This document shows positions 1-9,933 of a DNA stretch of 64,000 nucleotides, piece after piece; positions within the stretch are counted from its first letter, which is position 1, and every line of letters begins with the position of its first letter. The stretch comes from Saccharothrix saharensis (GTDB taxonomy: Bacteria > Actinomycetota > Actinomycetes > Mycobacteriales > Pseudonocardiaceae). Position numbers and translations under genes: made by a program. The stretch is from NCBI RefSeq assembly GCF_006716745.1, contig NZ_VFPP01000001.1, positions 5,155,386 through 5,219,385 of the forward strand, in the 5' to 3' direction. The notes under the pieces were generated by a model. The model searched no databases. It worked only from the letters and a program-made list of their open reading frames with translations, and was not told the origin of the DNA.

Positions 1-594
1 CTGGTGGCCGCGCGCAGCCTGTGCCGGCTGCTCGACTCCAGCGGCGTGGACGTGCCCGTGGTGGCCGTCGTCACCGAGGGCGGCCTGGTCGCGGTCAACT
101 CCGACTGGAGCGTGGACGAGATCCTGCTGCCGACGTCCGGGCCGGCGGAGGTGGACGCCCGGCTGCGCCTGGTGCGCTCCCGGCGCGGCACCACGCAGCC
201 CGGCGGCGACGGCTCGCTGCAGCTCGGTGAGCTGGTCATCGACGAGGCCACCTACACCGCCCGCCTGCGCGGCCGCCCGCTCGACCTGACCTACAAGGAG
301 TTCGAGCTCCTCAAGTACCTGGCCCAGCACGCCGGCCGCGTGTTCACCCGCGCGCAGCTGCTGCAGGAGGTCTGGGGCTACGACTTCTTCGGCGGCACGC
401 GCACGGTCGACGTGCACGTCCGACGCCTGCGCGCCAAGCTGGGCCCCGAGCACGAGTCCCTCATCGGCACCGTGCGCAACGTGGGCTACAAGTTCGTGCG
501 CCCCCCGCGCCCGGGCAGCGCCCGCCGCGTGGACCACGCGATCGACGCCCCCGAGACCACGATCGACGACGCCGAGCTCATCTTCAGGGCCTGA
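1..594 (+). CDS. glnR: OmpR-family winged-helix response regulator, GlnR-like; 5' end runs off the window
   Basis: C-terminal trans_reg_C wHTH ([73 protein letters not shown]). Position immediately upstream of mshD matches M. tuberculosis Rv0818(glnR)-Rv0819(mshD). Confidence 0.55.
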   Translation: MVAARSLCRLLDSSGVDVPVVAVVTEGGLVAVNSDWSVDEILLPTSGPAEVDARLRLVRSRRGTTQPGGDGSLQLGELVIDEATYTARLRGRPLDLTYKEFELLKYLAQHAGRVFTRAQLLQEVWGYDFFGGTRTVDVHVRRLRAKLGPEHESLIGTVRNVGYKFVRPPRPGSARRVDHAIDAPETTIDDAELIFRA

Positions 595-689
595 CGGGGC
601 CACCCCCACCGGCCCGCGAGGCCGCCAACGGATGACCGACTTCCGGGGCGGCCTCGCCCGTCCACGCGGAGCGTGGACAATCCAACACC

Positions 690-1568
690 GTGGACTTGAC
701 CTGGTTCGACGTGTTGTCCCCCGAGCAGGCCGACGAGGTCTCCGGCCTGCTCGGAGCCGCCCAAGCCGCCGACGGCGTCGCCCCCGTCGGCGAGGCGGTG
801 ATCCTGCGCCTGCGCCCCGACGCGCACGGCAGCCGGCACCTGCTGGCCCGTGATGGCGGAACGCTGGTCGGCTACCTGCACCTCGACGTCTTCGGCGACT
901 CCGACGGCAACGAGGTCGCGGAGCTGGCCGTGCACCCCGACCACCGCCGCCGCGGTCACGGCGCTGCGCTGGTCGAAGCGGTGGCCGACCGCGCCAAGCC
1001 CCTGCGGGTCTGGTCGCACGGCGGCCACCCCGGCGCCGGGGCGCTGGCCGTCAAGCTCGGTTACCGCAAGGTCCGCGAGCTGCTGCGCCTGCGCCGCCCC
1101 CTGGACGCCGACCTGCCCGCGCCCGTGCTGCCCGACGGCGTGACGCTGCGCCCGTTCGTGCCCGGCCGGGACGAGGCGGCGGTGGTCTACGTCAACCACC
1201 GCGCGTTCTCGTGGCACCCCGAGCAGAGCGCGATGAGCATCGAGGACGTGCGGCAGAAGGAGGAGCAGCCGTGGTTCGACCCGGCCGGGTTCCTCCTGGC
1301 CGTCGACGGCGACGGGCGGCTGCTGGGCTTCCACTGGACCAAGGCGCACACCGCCGAGCTGGGCGAGGTGTACGTGGTGGGCGTCGACCCGGACGCGCAG
1401 GGCGGCGGCCTCGGCAAGGCGATCACCCTGGCCGGTCTCGCGCACCTGCGCGACGCCGGGCTCACCGAGGTGATGCTGTACGTCGAGTCCGACAACGCCG
1501 CGGCACTGGCCGTGTACGACCGGTTGGGCTTCACCCGCTGGGACTCGGACGTCCAGTACGCCCGGTAG
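690..1568 (+). CDS. mshD: mycothiol synthase MshD (tandem GNAT acetyltransferase)
   Basis: 292 aa with two GNAT halves. Motifs shared with Mtb MshD (LLGFHWTK, GEVYVVGVDP, LYVESDN). Confidence 0.85.
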   Translation: MDLTWFDVLSPEQADEVSGLLGAAQAADGVAPVGEAVILRLRPDAHGSRHLLARDGGTLVGYLHLDVFGDSDGNEVAELAVHPDHRRRGHGAALVEAVADRAKPLRVWSHGGHPGAGALAVKLGYRKVRELLRLRRPLDADLPAPVLPDGVTLRPFVPGRDEAAVVYVNHRAFSWHPEQSAMSIEDVRQKEEQPWFDPAGFLLAVDGDGRLLGFHWTKAHTAELGEVYVVGVDPDAQGGGLGKAITLAGLAHLRDAGLTEVMLYVESDNAAALAVYDRLGFTRWDSDVQYAR

Positions 1569-1648
1569 TGACAAACCCATCACGCGCTGCAAACGCGCTG
1601 GTCACGGGACACCCAAAAGGCGGTGTACTCGGTCACTTCCCGTGTCAT

Positions 1649-1666
1649 GTTCACCCGCCGTTCACC
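1649..1666 (+). promoter_or_regulatory. PHO box: two 11-nt direct repeat units (GTTCACCcgcc GTTCACCtact) about 100 nt upstream of pstS
   Basis: Exact GTTCACC heptamers at 1649-1655 and 1660-1666 with 11-nt periodicity, matching the actinomycete PhoP operator consensus. Confidence 0.55.
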
Positions 1667-1762
1667 TACTCCTGGGTGCCTGTCCACCATCGCTACCTAC
1701 CGTCCGTGTCGAGCGGCGGGGCTTCGCCGCGAAACCCGCTTCCGTAGCTGGAGGACTCCCAG

Positions 1763-2884
1763 GTGAAGACCAAGCGACACGGCGCCGTACTCGGCCTGAT
1801 CGCGGCCGGTGCGCTTCTGCTCACCGCGTGTGGCAGCGACAACAACGCCCCCAGCGCCGGTTCCACGTCGGCGGCCGGCGACTCGTCGGTCCCCGTCGAG
1901 TGCGGTGGCAAGTCGAAGCTCAGCGCAGAGGGCTCTTCCGCGCAGCAGAACGCGATCGCCACGTTCATCCAGGCCTACCAGGCGAAGTGCCCGGGCTCGG
2001 ACCTCGCCTACAACGCCTCCGGCTCCGGCGCGGGCGTCAAGCAGTTCAACGCGGGCCAGGTCGACTTCGGTGGCTCCGACTCGCCGCTGTCGGAGAGCAA
2101 GGGCGAGGTCGCCGCGGCTGCCGAGCGCTGCAAGGGCAACCCCGCGTGGAACCTGCCGCTGGTCTTCGGCCCGGTCGCGCTGGGCTACAAGCTCGAGGGC
2201 GTCAACGACCTGGTCCTCAACGGCGAGGTGACCGCCAAGATCTTCAACGGCGGCATCAAGAAGTGGAACGACCCGGCCATCGCGGCGCTGAACAGCGGCG
2301 CGTCGCTGCCCGACAAGGACATCAAGGTCGTCTACCGCTCGGACGAGTCCGGCACGACCGACAACTTCCAGAAGTACCTGACCGCCGCCTCCAAGGGCGC
2401 GTGGACCCAGGGTGACGGCAAGCAGTTCAAGGGCGGCGTCGGCGAGGCCAAGGAGAAGTCCGCCGGTGTCGCGCAGGCCGCGGGTTCGGTCGACGGCGCC
2501 ATCACCTACGTCGAGCTGTCGTTCGCGCAGGACAACAAGCTGTCCCTGGCCAAGATCGACAACGGCTCCGGCCCGGTCGAGCTGACCAACGAGACGGTCG
2601 GCAAGGCCATCGACGGCGCCACCATCAAGGGCACCGGCAACGACCTGGTCCTCGACCTGAACTCGATCTACGGCTCCACCACCGCGGGCGCCTACCCGCT
2701 GCTGCTGGCCACCTACGAGATCGTCTGCTCCAAGGGCTACGACGCCGACACCGCGAAGGCCGTGAAGGCGTTCCTGACCGTCGCGGCGACGACTGGCCAG
2801 GACGGCCTGGCGGACGCGGGCTACGCTCCGCTGCCGAAGGCCTTCCAGGACAAGCTGCTGACCGCCGTCAAGGCCATCGCCTGA
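1763..2884 (+). CDS. pstS: phosphate ABC transporter substrate-binding lipoprotein PstS
   Basis: GTG start with GGAGGA SD. Signal peptide plus lipobox LLTACGS. PstS-family sequence ([22 protein letters not shown]). Confidence 0.9.
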   Translation: MKTKRHGAVLGLIAAGALLLTACGSDNNAPSAGSTSAAGDSSVPVECGGKSKLSAEGSSAQQNAIATFIQAYQAKCPGSDLAYNASGSGAGVKQFNAGQVDFGGSDSPLSESKGEVAAAAERCKGNPAWNLPLVFGPVALGYKLEGVNDLVLNGEVTAKIFNGGIKKWNDPAIAALNSGASLPDKDIKVVYRSDESGTTDNFQKYLTAASKGAWTQGDGKQFKGGVGEAKEKSAGVAQAAGSVDGAITYVELSFAQDNKLSLAKIDNGSGPVELTNETVGKAIDGATIKGTGNDLVLDLNSIYGSTTAGAYPLLLATYEIVCSKGYDADTAKAVKAFLTVAATTGQDGLADAGYAPLPKAFQDKLLTAVKAIA

Positions 2885-2918
2885 CCAGGCCGACACGCGT
2901 CCCGGGAACGCCATCGCG

Positions 2919-3974
2919 ATGAACGACCGCACTGTGGCCCCGCGCCCCGCGGGCACCGGCACGACCGGTGCCCGCGGGGGCGTTCCGGCTGCTCGACCCG
3001 ACTCGGAGGCTCCGATTCCCCCGACCACGGAAGCCGACCAGAAGACCCACGTCCGGCCGGGTGACCGGATCTTCGCAGGCCTGGCCACGGGGTCGGGCAT
3101 CTTCATCGTGGTCCTGATCGCGGCGATCGGCGTCTTCCTGCTGCTCCAGGCCATCCCCTCGCTCGCGCTGGACAAGGTCAACTTCCTGACCAGCCGCGAG
3201 TGGTCCACCAGCGACGTCAACAACATGCGCTACGGCATCCTCGACCTGCTCCTGGTCACCGTGGTGTCGTCCGCGTTCGCGCTGGTCATCGCGATGCCGA
3301 TCGCCCTGGGCATCGCGCTGTTCCTCACCCAGTACGCGCCGCGCCGGCTCGCCCGGCCGTTCGCCTACATCATCGACCTGCTGGCCGCCGTGCCGTCGAT
3401 CATCTTCGGCCTGTGGGGCCTGCTCGTGCTCGGCCCGGTGCTCACCCCGATCGGCGAGTGGCTGACCTCGTCGCTCGGCTGGATCCCGCTGTTCGCCAAG
3501 GGCAACGTCAGCATCGAGCTCGGCGGCACCATCTTCACCGCCGGCATCGTGCTGGCCGTGATGATCCTGCCGATCATCACCGCCGTCAGCCGCGAGGTGT
3601 TCGACCGCACGCCGGTCACCCACGTGGAGGGCGCCATCGCGCTCGGCGCCACCAAGTGGGAGGTCGTGCGCACCACCGTGCTGCCGTTCGGCAAGGCGGG
3701 CTACGTCAGCGCCTCCATGCTCGGCCTCGGCCGCGCCCTGGGCGAGACGATCGCCTTGACGATCATCCTCAGCGGCACGGGCGCCGCGTTCGCGTGGAGC
3801 CTGTTCGACGGCGGCGCGACGTTCGCGTCCAAGATCGCGCTGGCCGCGCCCGAGTTCAACGACCCGCGCACGGCGGGCGCCTACATCGCCGCCGGCCTGG
3901 TGCTGTTCGTCCTCACCTTCGGCGTCAACGCCCTCGCCCGGTCCATCGTCGCCGGTCACAAGGAGTACGAATGA
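2919..3974 (+). CDS. pstC: phosphate ABC transporter permease PstC
   Basis: Multi-TM permease with EAA-like loop. Pro-rich N-terminal extension. Order pstS-C-A-B. Confidence 0.85.
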   Translation: MNDRTVAPRPAGTGTTGARGGVPAARPDSEAPIPPTTEADQKTHVRPGDRIFAGLATGSGIFIVVLIAAIGVFLLLQAIPSLALDKVNFLTSREWSTSDVNNMRYGILDLLLVTVVSSAFALVIAMPIALGIALFLTQYAPRRLARPFAYIIDLLAAVPSIIFGLWGLLVLGPVLTPIGEWLTSSLGWIPLFAKGNVSIELGGTIFTAGIVLAVMILPIITAVSREVFDRTPVTHVEGAIALGATKWEVVRTTVLPFGKAGYVSASMLGLGRALGETIALTIILSGTGAAFAWSLFDGGATFASKIALAAPEFNDPRTAGAYIAAGLVLFVLTFGVNALARSIVAGHKEYE

Positions 3975-4885
3975 CGACCGACACGGCGGACCTGAACCGC
4001 CTCGCCACGCCGCCGACGTTCCAGAGCGTCAGCGGCACGCGCAAGCTCAAGAACGGCATCGCCACCGCGCTGGTCTACGGGGCGTTCCTCGTCGCGATCG
4101 TGCCCCTGATCTGGGTGCTGTGGGTCGTCATCCAGCGCGGCTTCCCGGTCGTGCTCGACGGCGACTGGTGGCAGAAGTCGCTGTCCGGCCTGCTGGGCCG
4201 CCAGCAGGGCGGCGGCGTCTACCACGCGATCTACGGCACCCTGGTCCAGGGCCTGGTGTGCGGCTTGCTGTCCGTGCCGATCGGCCTGTTCGTCGGCGTG
4301 TACCTGGTGGAGTACGGCGGCCGGTCCAAGCTGTCCAAGGCCACCACGTTCATGGTCGACATCCTGACCGGTGTGCCGTCCATCGTGGCCGCGCTGTTCA
4401 TCTACACGCTGTGGATCACCTACTTCGGCTTCGGCCGCAGCGGGTTCGCGGTGTCCCTCGCGCTGGTGCTGCTGATGGTGCCGGTGATCGTGCGGACCAC
4501 CGAGGAGATGCTGAAGATCGTGCCGGACGAGTTGCGCGAGGCGTCCTACGCGCTCGGCATCCCCAAGTGGAAGACGATCGTGAAGGTCGTCATCCCGACC
4601 GCGCTGTCCGGCATCATCACCGGCATCATGCTGGCCCTGGCCCGCGTCATGGGCGAGACCGCGCCGGTGCTCGTGCTGGCCGCGTACGCGCCCTACATCA
4701 ACTACAACCTGTTCGAAGGGCCGATGGCGTCGCTGCCGCTGCTCATGACGTCGGAGCGGAACAACCCGACGCAGGCCGGTTTCGAGCGGATCTGGGGTGC
4801 GGCGATCACCCTGGTCATCATCATCACGCTGTTCAACCTGCTGGCGACCGTGATCTCGCGGTGGCTGGCTCCGAAGACGAAGTGA
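3971..4885 (+). CDS. pstA: phosphate ABC transporter permease PstA
   Basis: ATG at 3971 overlaps the pstC stop (ATGA). MTTDTADLN... is a TM permease. The 561-aa ORF listed from 3200 is an out-of-context extension. Confidence 0.85.
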   Translation: MTTDTADLNRLATPPTFQSVSGTRKLKNGIATALVYGAFLVAIVPLIWVLWVVIQRGFPVVLDGDWWQKSLSGLLGRQQGGGVYHAIYGTLVQGLVCGLLSVPIGLFVGVYLVEYGGRSKLSKATTFMVDILTGVPSIVAALFIYTLWITYFGFGRSGFAVSLALVLLMVPVIVRTTEEMLKIVPDELREASYALGIPKWKTIVKVVIPTALSGIITGIMLALARVMGETAPVLVLAAYAPYINYNLFEGPMASLPLLMTSERNNPTQAGFERIWGAAITLVIIITLFNLLATVISRWLAPKTK

Positions 4886-4895
4886 GCGGGCGGTC

Positions 4896-5672
4896 ATGGC
4901 CAAGCGCATCGACGTGAAAGACCTGAACCTGTACTACGGCAAGTTCCACGCCGTGGACGGTGTCTCGCTCGCCGTGCCGCCGAAGAACGTGACGGCGTTC
5001 ATCGGCCCGTCCGGCTGCGGGAAGTCCACCGTGCTGCGGTCGTTGAACCGCATGCACGAGGTGGCGCCCGGGGCGCGGGTGGAGGGCACCGTGCTGCTCG
5101 ACGGCGAGGACATCTACGCGTCCTCCGTCGACCCGGTGCAGGTGCGCCGGACCATCGGCATGGTGTTCCAGCGCCCCAACCCGTTCCCGACGATGTCCAT
5201 CCGGGACAACGTGGTGGCGGGCCTGAAGCTCGCGGGCGAGCGGAACAAGAAGAAGCTCGACGAGGTGGCCGAGCGGTCGTTGCGCGGGGCGAACCTGTGG
5301 AACGAGGTCAAGGACCGCCTCGACCGCCCCGGCGGCGGCCTGTCCGGCGGTCAGCAGCAGCGGCTGTGCATCGCGCGGGCGATCGCCGTGCAGCCGGACG
5401 TGCTGCTGATGGACGAGCCGTGCTCGGCGCTGGACCCCATCTCCACGCTCGCGATCGAGGACCTGATCACCGAGCTGAAGAAGGAGTACACGATCGTCAT
5501 CGTGACCCACAACATGCAGCAGGCGGCGCGGGTCAGCGACCAGACCGCGTTCTTCAACCTGTTGGGTGTCGGCCAGCCCGGTCGGCTGATCGAGGTGGAC
5601 GACACGGAGAAGATCTTCTCCAACCCGAGCCAGAAGGCGACCGAGGACTACATCTCGGGCCGTTTCGGCTGA
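4896..5672 (+). CDS. pstB: phosphate ABC transporter ATP-binding protein PstB
   Basis: Walker [10 protein letters not shown], signature [14 protein letters not shown], Walker [12 protein letters not shown]. 258 aa. Confidence 0.9.
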   Translation: MAKRIDVKDLNLYYGKFHAVDGVSLAVPPKNVTAFIGPSGCGKSTVLRSLNRMHEVAPGARVEGTVLLDGEDIYASSVDPVQVRRTIGMVFQRPNPFPTMSIRDNVVAGLKLAGERNKKKLDEVAERSLRGANLWNEVKDRLDRPGGGLSGGQQQRLCIARAIAVQPDVLLMDEPCSALDPISTLAIEDLITELKKEYTIVIVTHNMQQAARVSDQTAFFNLLGVGQPGRLIEVDDTEKIFSNPSQKATEDYISGRFG

Positions 5673-5687
5673 TCGCGCCCCGACCCC

Positions 5688-5720
5688 GGAAGCCCTCCCA
5701 CCTGCAGTGGGAGGGCTTCT
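5688..5720 (+). terminator. GC-rich stem-loop (14-bp stem) after pstB
   Basis: ggaagccctcccac-ctgca-gtgggagggcttct. No U-tract, as is usual for actinomycete terminators. Confidence 0.4.
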
Positions 5721-5806
5721 ACGCGTTCGGGTGACAGGGGGAACCGAGGCGCCGCCCCTACCGTCAAAATCGAGACACGGTCCTCCTTTCGGAGGTACCG
5801 TGACGG

Positions 5807-6238
5807 TTGGGATCGGCAGACTCGCAGGGGGTAACCGTGGCGGCGGAAGGTGCGTGGAGCGCACAGTCCATGCAAGCTATGACGGCCGGCATGGTGGGCT
5901 TGAAGCAGGCCGCCGAGTCCGGTTCGTTCGCCATCAGCCAGGACGGTGCGGAGGCGTACCTGAAGGCGATCGACCGCGCCGAGCAGGACCTCTTCAAGCT
6001 TGACCGCCAGGTGGGTCTGCTGCGCCAGGACGTCAAGCTCGGCACCAGTCCCGACGCTACTGCGCTGACGAGCTACAACCGTGAGAACGTCGAGGGTGGA
6101 GCAGGCACGTCCGGGATAGTGCCAGCGATCGAGCAGTTGCGGTCCGCGTTGAGCGAGGCACGTGAGGCGTTGCAGAAGGCGATCGAGAACTATCGTGAGG
6201 TCGACAGCTCGAACGCAAGCACCTATAAGCGCTACTGA
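5807..6238 (+). CDS. small all-helical protein with C-terminal YxxxD motif (PE/Esx-like T7SS substrate candidate)
   Basis: 133-143 aa, Ala/Glu-rich helical, ends ...ENYREVDSSNASTYKRY (YxxxD). Alternative GTG start at 5837. First gene of a co-directional, closely spaced cluster. Confidence 0.4.
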   Translation: MGSADSQGVTVAAEGAWSAQSMQAMTAGMVGLKQAAESGSFAISQDGAEAYLKAIDRAEQDLFKLDRQVGLLRQDVKLGTSPDATALTSYNRENVEGGAGTSGIVPAIEQLRSALSEAREALQKAIENYREVDSSNASTYKRY

Positions 6239-6250
6239 GGGTGGAAGCAG

Positions 6251-6793
6251 TTGATCAAGGGATTGTCGGTCCGCATCGTCTTGTCGCTGACGGTGCTCGG
6301 CGCCGTTGTCACCGGCTGCACCACCGGCGGAACGGCCACGCCGGGGTCGACCACCACATCGGGCACGACTGAGCAGACGGGGAAGGGCACCACCACGACG
6401 AAGCCTTCCGGTGGTGGTGACTCGCTCGCGGACTTCGACTCGTGCGAGGTTCTCAACTCTGTCGCGGCACAGCTCAACCTGACCGAAGTCGAGGAGGAGA
6501 GTCGCGGCGCGTGCGGTGCAGCGACCTCACCTGCCGGTGGCGTGTCGATCAAGGCTCAACCCGAGCTCGCCATCGCCGACGCGGTCGGCGATGGCAAGAA
6601 GTCCGATACCTCCATCGGTCCGCGCAAGGCCCGGCTCGTGGAGGCGCCGGGAACCAACACATCGTGCCTGGTCGCGGTTGAAGTCAGTCCGACGTCCAGG
6701 GTCGACGTCATCGCTTCCACCCGCTCGCTGGAATCCTCGTGCGAGTTGGCCACCAATGTGGCCACCGCCATCGAGCCGAAGCTGCCGAAGTAA
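6251..6793 (+). CDS. DUF3558-like secreted lipoprotein
   Basis: TTG start. Signal peptide and lipobox VVTGC. Thr/Gly-rich linker. Paired Cys residues typical of DUF3558. Confidence 0.5.
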   Translation: MIKGLSVRIVLSLTVLGAVVTGCTTGGTATPGSTTTSGTTEQTGKGTTTTKPSGGGDSLADFDSCEVLNSVAAQLNLTEVEEESRGACGAATSPAGGVSIKAQPELAIADAVGDGKKSDTSIGPRKARLVEAPGTNTSCLVAVEVSPTSRVDVIASTRSLESSCELATNVATAIEPKLPK

Positions 6794-6812
6794 CCCGAGG
6801 GGGGAGAACGTC

Positions 6813-8384
6813 GTGACGCCGCCGAACACGCAGCCGCCGTACGGGCCGCCGTCCAACTCGCTGCCGCCGCAGAGCAGCAACCAGGCGACCCAGGTCACCT
6901 ACGCGGGGCAGACCGAGGCCGAGTTGCGTGCCGAGTACGAGCGCGAGCGCGCCGCCAACCCGGGCATCTTCGGCGCCATCACGACGCTCGACGACTACCT
7001 GCGCTACAAGCAGCAGTCGGCGCAGTACCAGGCCACGCAGGAGCAGCAGCTGGAGCAGGTGGTCGAGAACTACCGCCCGCCGCTGTCCGCGCCCGGCTCG
7101 CACTACCTGTCCTGGGACCACAAGGCGCTCAAGGACATGGTCACCACGAACATGGCCCCGACCACCGCCAACGAGCAGGGCGAGGCCTGGACCAAGATCG
7201 GCAACACGCTGGCCGAGCTGCAGGCCAACCTGACCAGCGCCACGGCGGCCAGCAAGGGCGCCTGGCAGGGCGCGGCGGCGGAGTCGGCGCAGGGGTACTT
7301 CACCAACGTCGCCACCTGGTCGGGCAACGCGGCCCAGGGCGCGCAGCTCACCGGCAACAAGCTGTACGCCCAGAGCACGGCGGCCGAGCAGGCGAAGAAC
7401 GCGATGCCCGAGCCGGTCGAGTTCAGCACCGCCGACGCCTACAAGATGTTCTTCTCCGAGCCCAACCCGTTCAAGTGGGCCGAGACGATCGACCAGATCG
7501 AGCAGAAGTTCGAGGAGAAGCAGCAGGCCCACGAACGTGCGGCCGAGGTCATGACGACCATGTCCACGAGCTTCCAGGAGTCGGGCTCCACCATGCCCGC
7601 CTTCTCGCCGCCCCCGCCCATGGAGGGCTCCGGTGGCAGCGGTGACCCGGGGCAGCCCGGCACCGGCCAGATCGGCAGCCGGCCGACCGTGCCCAGCGGC
7701 AACGGGAACGGCACGGGCAGCGGCAGCGGGTTCGGCGACCTCGGCGTGCCCGGCGGTGGCGGCGGCACGGGCAGCGGCAGCGGCGGTGGCAACACCAACC
7801 AGTCCGGCTTGAACGGTCCCGGCGGCATCTCGACCCTGCCCGGCCCCGGTGGCGGTGGCGGCGGTGGTGGCGGCAACACGACCATCCCCGGTCCCGGCGG
7901 CGGCCCCTACCCGCCCGGCATCTACCCGCCGGGCACCGGGCCCAACCAGCGGCCGACGACCCCGCCCGGCGGACGTCCCCCGGGCATGCCGAACGGTCCC
8001 GGCCGGGGCCCCGGCGGTGGCCCCGGTGGCCGCGGCTTCGGCGGCGGCCCGGGCGGTGTGCCCGGTGGCGGTCCCGGTGGCATGGCGGCGGCCGGTCGCG
8101 GTGGCCTGGGTGGTTTCGGGCCCGGCGGCAGCGCGGGCACGCTCGGCGAGGCGGGCCGGTCCGGCGCGGGCGGCTTCGGGCCGGGCGGCAGCGGCGGCCT
8201 CGGTGGCGCGGGCGCGGCGGGTCGCGGCGGTGTGGGCGGCATGGGCGCCGGCGGCATGGGCGCCGGCGCCGGACGTGGTCAGGGCGAGGAGGACAAGGAG
8301 CACAAGGCCGCGTCCTACCTGGTGGAGACCGAGGACGTCTTCGGCGACGGCACGATGGTCGCTCCGCCGGTCATCGGCGGGTGA
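6813..8384 (+). CDS. WxG-motif / PPE-like helical N-domain protein with long Gly/Pro-rich low-complexity C-terminal region (T7SS substrate candidate)
   Basis: GTG start with GAGGGGGGAG SD. N-terminal ~270 aa helical with W-Q-G (..SKGAWQGAAAESAQGYF..). The ~250-aa G/P-rich tail ends in acidic EEDKEHKAASYLVETEDVF. The stop overlaps the start of the EspG-like gene. Confidence 0.5.
   Translation: MTPPNTQPPYGPPSNSLPPQSSNQATQVTYAGQTEAELRAEYERERAANPGIFGAITTLDDYLRYKQQSAQYQATQEQQLEQVVENYRPPLSAPGSHYLSWDHKALKDMVTTNMAPTTANEQGEAWTKIGNTLAELQANLTSATAASKGAWQGAAAESAQGYFTNVATWSGNAAQGAQLTGNKLYAQSTAAEQAKNAMPEPVEFSTADAYKMFFSEPNPFKWAETIDQIEQKFEEKQQAHERAAEVMTTMSTSFQESGSTMPAFSPPPPMEGSGGSGDPGQPGTGQIGSRPTVPSGNGNGTGSGSGFGDLGVPGGGGGTGSGSGGGNTNQSGLNGPGGISTLPGPGGGGGGGGGNTTIPGPGGGPYPPGIYPPGTGPNQRPTTPPGGRPPGMPNGPGRGPGGGPGGRGFGGGPGGVPGGGPGGMAAAGRGGLGGFGPGGSAGTLGEAGRSGAGGFGPGGSGGLGGAGAAGRGGVGGMGAGGMGAGAGRGQGEEDKEHKAASYLVETEDVFGDGTMVAPPVIGG
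7600..8300 (+). repeat. coding low-complexity Gly/Pro codon repeats (GGC/GGT/CCG/CCC runs)
   Basis: Reiterated GGxGSGSGG / PGGGPGG units inside CDS 6813-8384. Confidence 0.5.
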
Positions 8385-9178
8385 GCGTGTTCTCGTTCGC
8401 CCTGTCCTTCGCGGCGGCCGACATGCTCTGGGAAGACCTCAAGCTCGGCAGCCGCCCCTACCCGTTCGAATTCCCCTACCTCGGGCAGACGTTCGACGAG
8501 CGGCGCGGCATCCGCAACGCCGTCTACCGCGACCTGGAGTCGCGCGGCCTGGCCCACCGCGGCCGGGTCGCGCCCGAAGTGGCGGAAGCGCTCACCCTGC
8601 TGGTCCGCTTCGACTACTGCCTCACCGCGATCGCGTCCCTGGACGCGCGCAACGTCGAGCGCCAGATGCTGGCGCGCGGCGGCGCGGCCGGGGAGAACGC
8701 GGCGCTCGCCGTGATGGACGACCGGCAGATCAAGGTCGACGTGCTGCGCGCGCCCGGCCTGCTGCGCGCGATCGTGGACCTGGTCCCGCCGTCACGGCCC
8801 GGTCCCGGTCAGTCGATCACCGTGCCGGTGCCGTCGTCCGCGCCACCGCCGCCACCGCGCCGGGACGACGACTTCGGCAATGCCACGTTCACCCAGGCCA
8901 TGGCACCGCGCTCGTCGACGTCCACGCAGGTCCGCGCGTTGGAGGCGGTGTTCGAACGGCCGCGCCTGCGGGCCGGCCAGTTCGGCGTCACGGTCCGCGG
9001 CAGGCACGGCCGGGAGCAGCGCGCGCCGCAGGTCGCCTGGTTCGACAACGACCAGGGTCGCTACCTGTCGCAGACGCGGCAGGGGCCGGACGGCCAGAAG
9101 TGGCTCACCCACGCCCCCGCCGACAACGCGCGCATCGCCGCCCAGCTCTCGCAGGAGCTGAACGGCCTGCTCGCCTGA
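8381..9178 (+). CDS. EspG-like ESX secretion-associated chaperone
   Basis: N-terminus MSVFSFALSFAAADMLWEDLKLGSRPYPFEF fits the EspG signature (SxxExDxLWExLgLGxxP). 265 aa. GTGA-coupled to the upstream PPE-like gene. Confidence 0.55.
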   Translation: MSVFSFALSFAAADMLWEDLKLGSRPYPFEFPYLGQTFDERRGIRNAVYRDLESRGLAHRGRVAPEVAEALTLLVRFDYCLTAIASLDARNVERQMLARGGAAGENAALAVMDDRQIKVDVLRAPGLLRAIVDLVPPSRPGPGQSITVPVPSSAPPPPPRRDDDFGNATFTQAMAPRSSTSTQVRALEAVFERPRLRAGQFGVTVRGRHGREQRAPQVAWFDNDQGRYLSQTRQGPDGQKWLTHAPADNARIAAQLSQELNGLLA

Positions 9179-9181
9179 ACC

Positions 9182-9853
9182 TCAGGAGCCGTCCGCGGTG
9201 TCGGGGTGGTAGCCGGGCATCCGCCCGGTGACCACGAAGACGGTGCGCTTGGCGACCGACACGGCGTGGTCGGCGAACCGCTCGTAGAACCGGCCCAGCA
9301 GCGTGGTGTCGACGGCGGACGGCACGCCGTGCTGCCAGTCCTTGTCCATGATCACGGTGAACAGGTGCCGGTGCAGGTCGTCCATCGCGTCGTCGGCGTC
9401 CTCCAACGACCGGGCCCGCTGCACGTCCTGCGTGCGGATGATGTCGGTCGCCTCACGCGCCAGCTCGACCGCGATGCGGCCCATCTCGGCGAAGTACGGC
9501 CGCACCGTGTCCGGCAGCACCGGGTTGGGGTGCCTGCGGCGCGCGGCCTTGGCCACGTGCAGCGCCAGGTCGCCCATCCGCTCCACGCTCTCGGCCGCGT
9601 GGATCACCGCGAGCACGATGCGCAGGTCGGTCGCGACCGGCGCCTGCAGCGCCAGCAGCGCGTAGGCCTGCTCCTCGATGTCGGCGCGCACGTCGTCGAT
9701 CTTGGCGTCGTCGCCGATCACCTGCTCGGCCAGGGCCAGGTCGGCCCCGAGCAGGGAAGCGGTCGCGCGCTCCATCGCGTCACCGGCCATGCCGCACATG
9801 TCGGCGAGCTGGTCGGCGAGTTGTCCGAGCTGGTCGTGGTAGGCCTCACGCAT
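9182..9853 (-). CDS. phoU: phosphate transport system regulator PhoU (PhoY-like)
   Basis: 223 aa, two PhoU repeats. Positional equivalent of Mtb phoY2 next to the LCP gene. Confidence 0.85.
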   Translation of the reverse strand: MREAYHDQLGQLADQLADMCGMAGDAMERATASLLGADLALAEQVIGDDAKIDDVRADIEEQAYALLALQAPVATDLRIVLAVIHAAESVERMGDLALHVAKAARRRHPNPVLPDTVRPYFAEMGRIAVELAREATDIIRTQDVQRARSLEDADDAMDDLHRHLFTVIMDKDWQHGVPSAVDTTLLGRFYERFADHAVSVAKRTVFVVTGRMPGYHPDTADGS

Positions 9854-9897
9854 GGCCGTCAGCCTACGGCCAGGTCATCGCGGTAGCGACCCACCCC

Positions 9898-9917
9898 GGT
9901 GAACCGCGGATGAACCC
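9898..9917 (-). promoter_or_regulatory. PHO box upstream of phoU (GTTCATCcgcg GTTCACC on the minus strand)
   Basis: Two GTTCAyC units at 11-nt spacing about 45 nt upstream of the phoU start. Confidence 0.5.
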
Positions 9918-9933
9918 GAGACGTCCAGTCCGA

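Noticed and set aside
486-1592. Long antisense ORFs overlapping mshD, pstS, pstC, pstA and other real genes (e.g. 486-1592-, 1697-3226-, 2868-3959-, 3956-4909-, 4833-5864-)
   Set aside because: Typical stop-codon-poor alternate frames of a >70% GC genome. Their Arg/Gly/Pro/Ala-rich translations have no motifs and overlap well-supported genes on the other strand.
5807-6238. WXG100/EsxA identity for the small helical protein
   Set aside because: No W-x-G motif; only W-S-A is present. It was kept as a PE/Esx-like candidate on the basis of the C-terminal YxxxD motif and gene context only.
6708-9231. ORFs 6708-8303(-), 7849-9231(+), 7922-8257(-) over the Gly/Pro-rich gene and the EspG-like gene
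   Set aside because: They are generated by the GGC/CCG codon repeats; the translations are pure low-complexity. The sense frame gives a structured N-domain and the downstream EspG-like protein.
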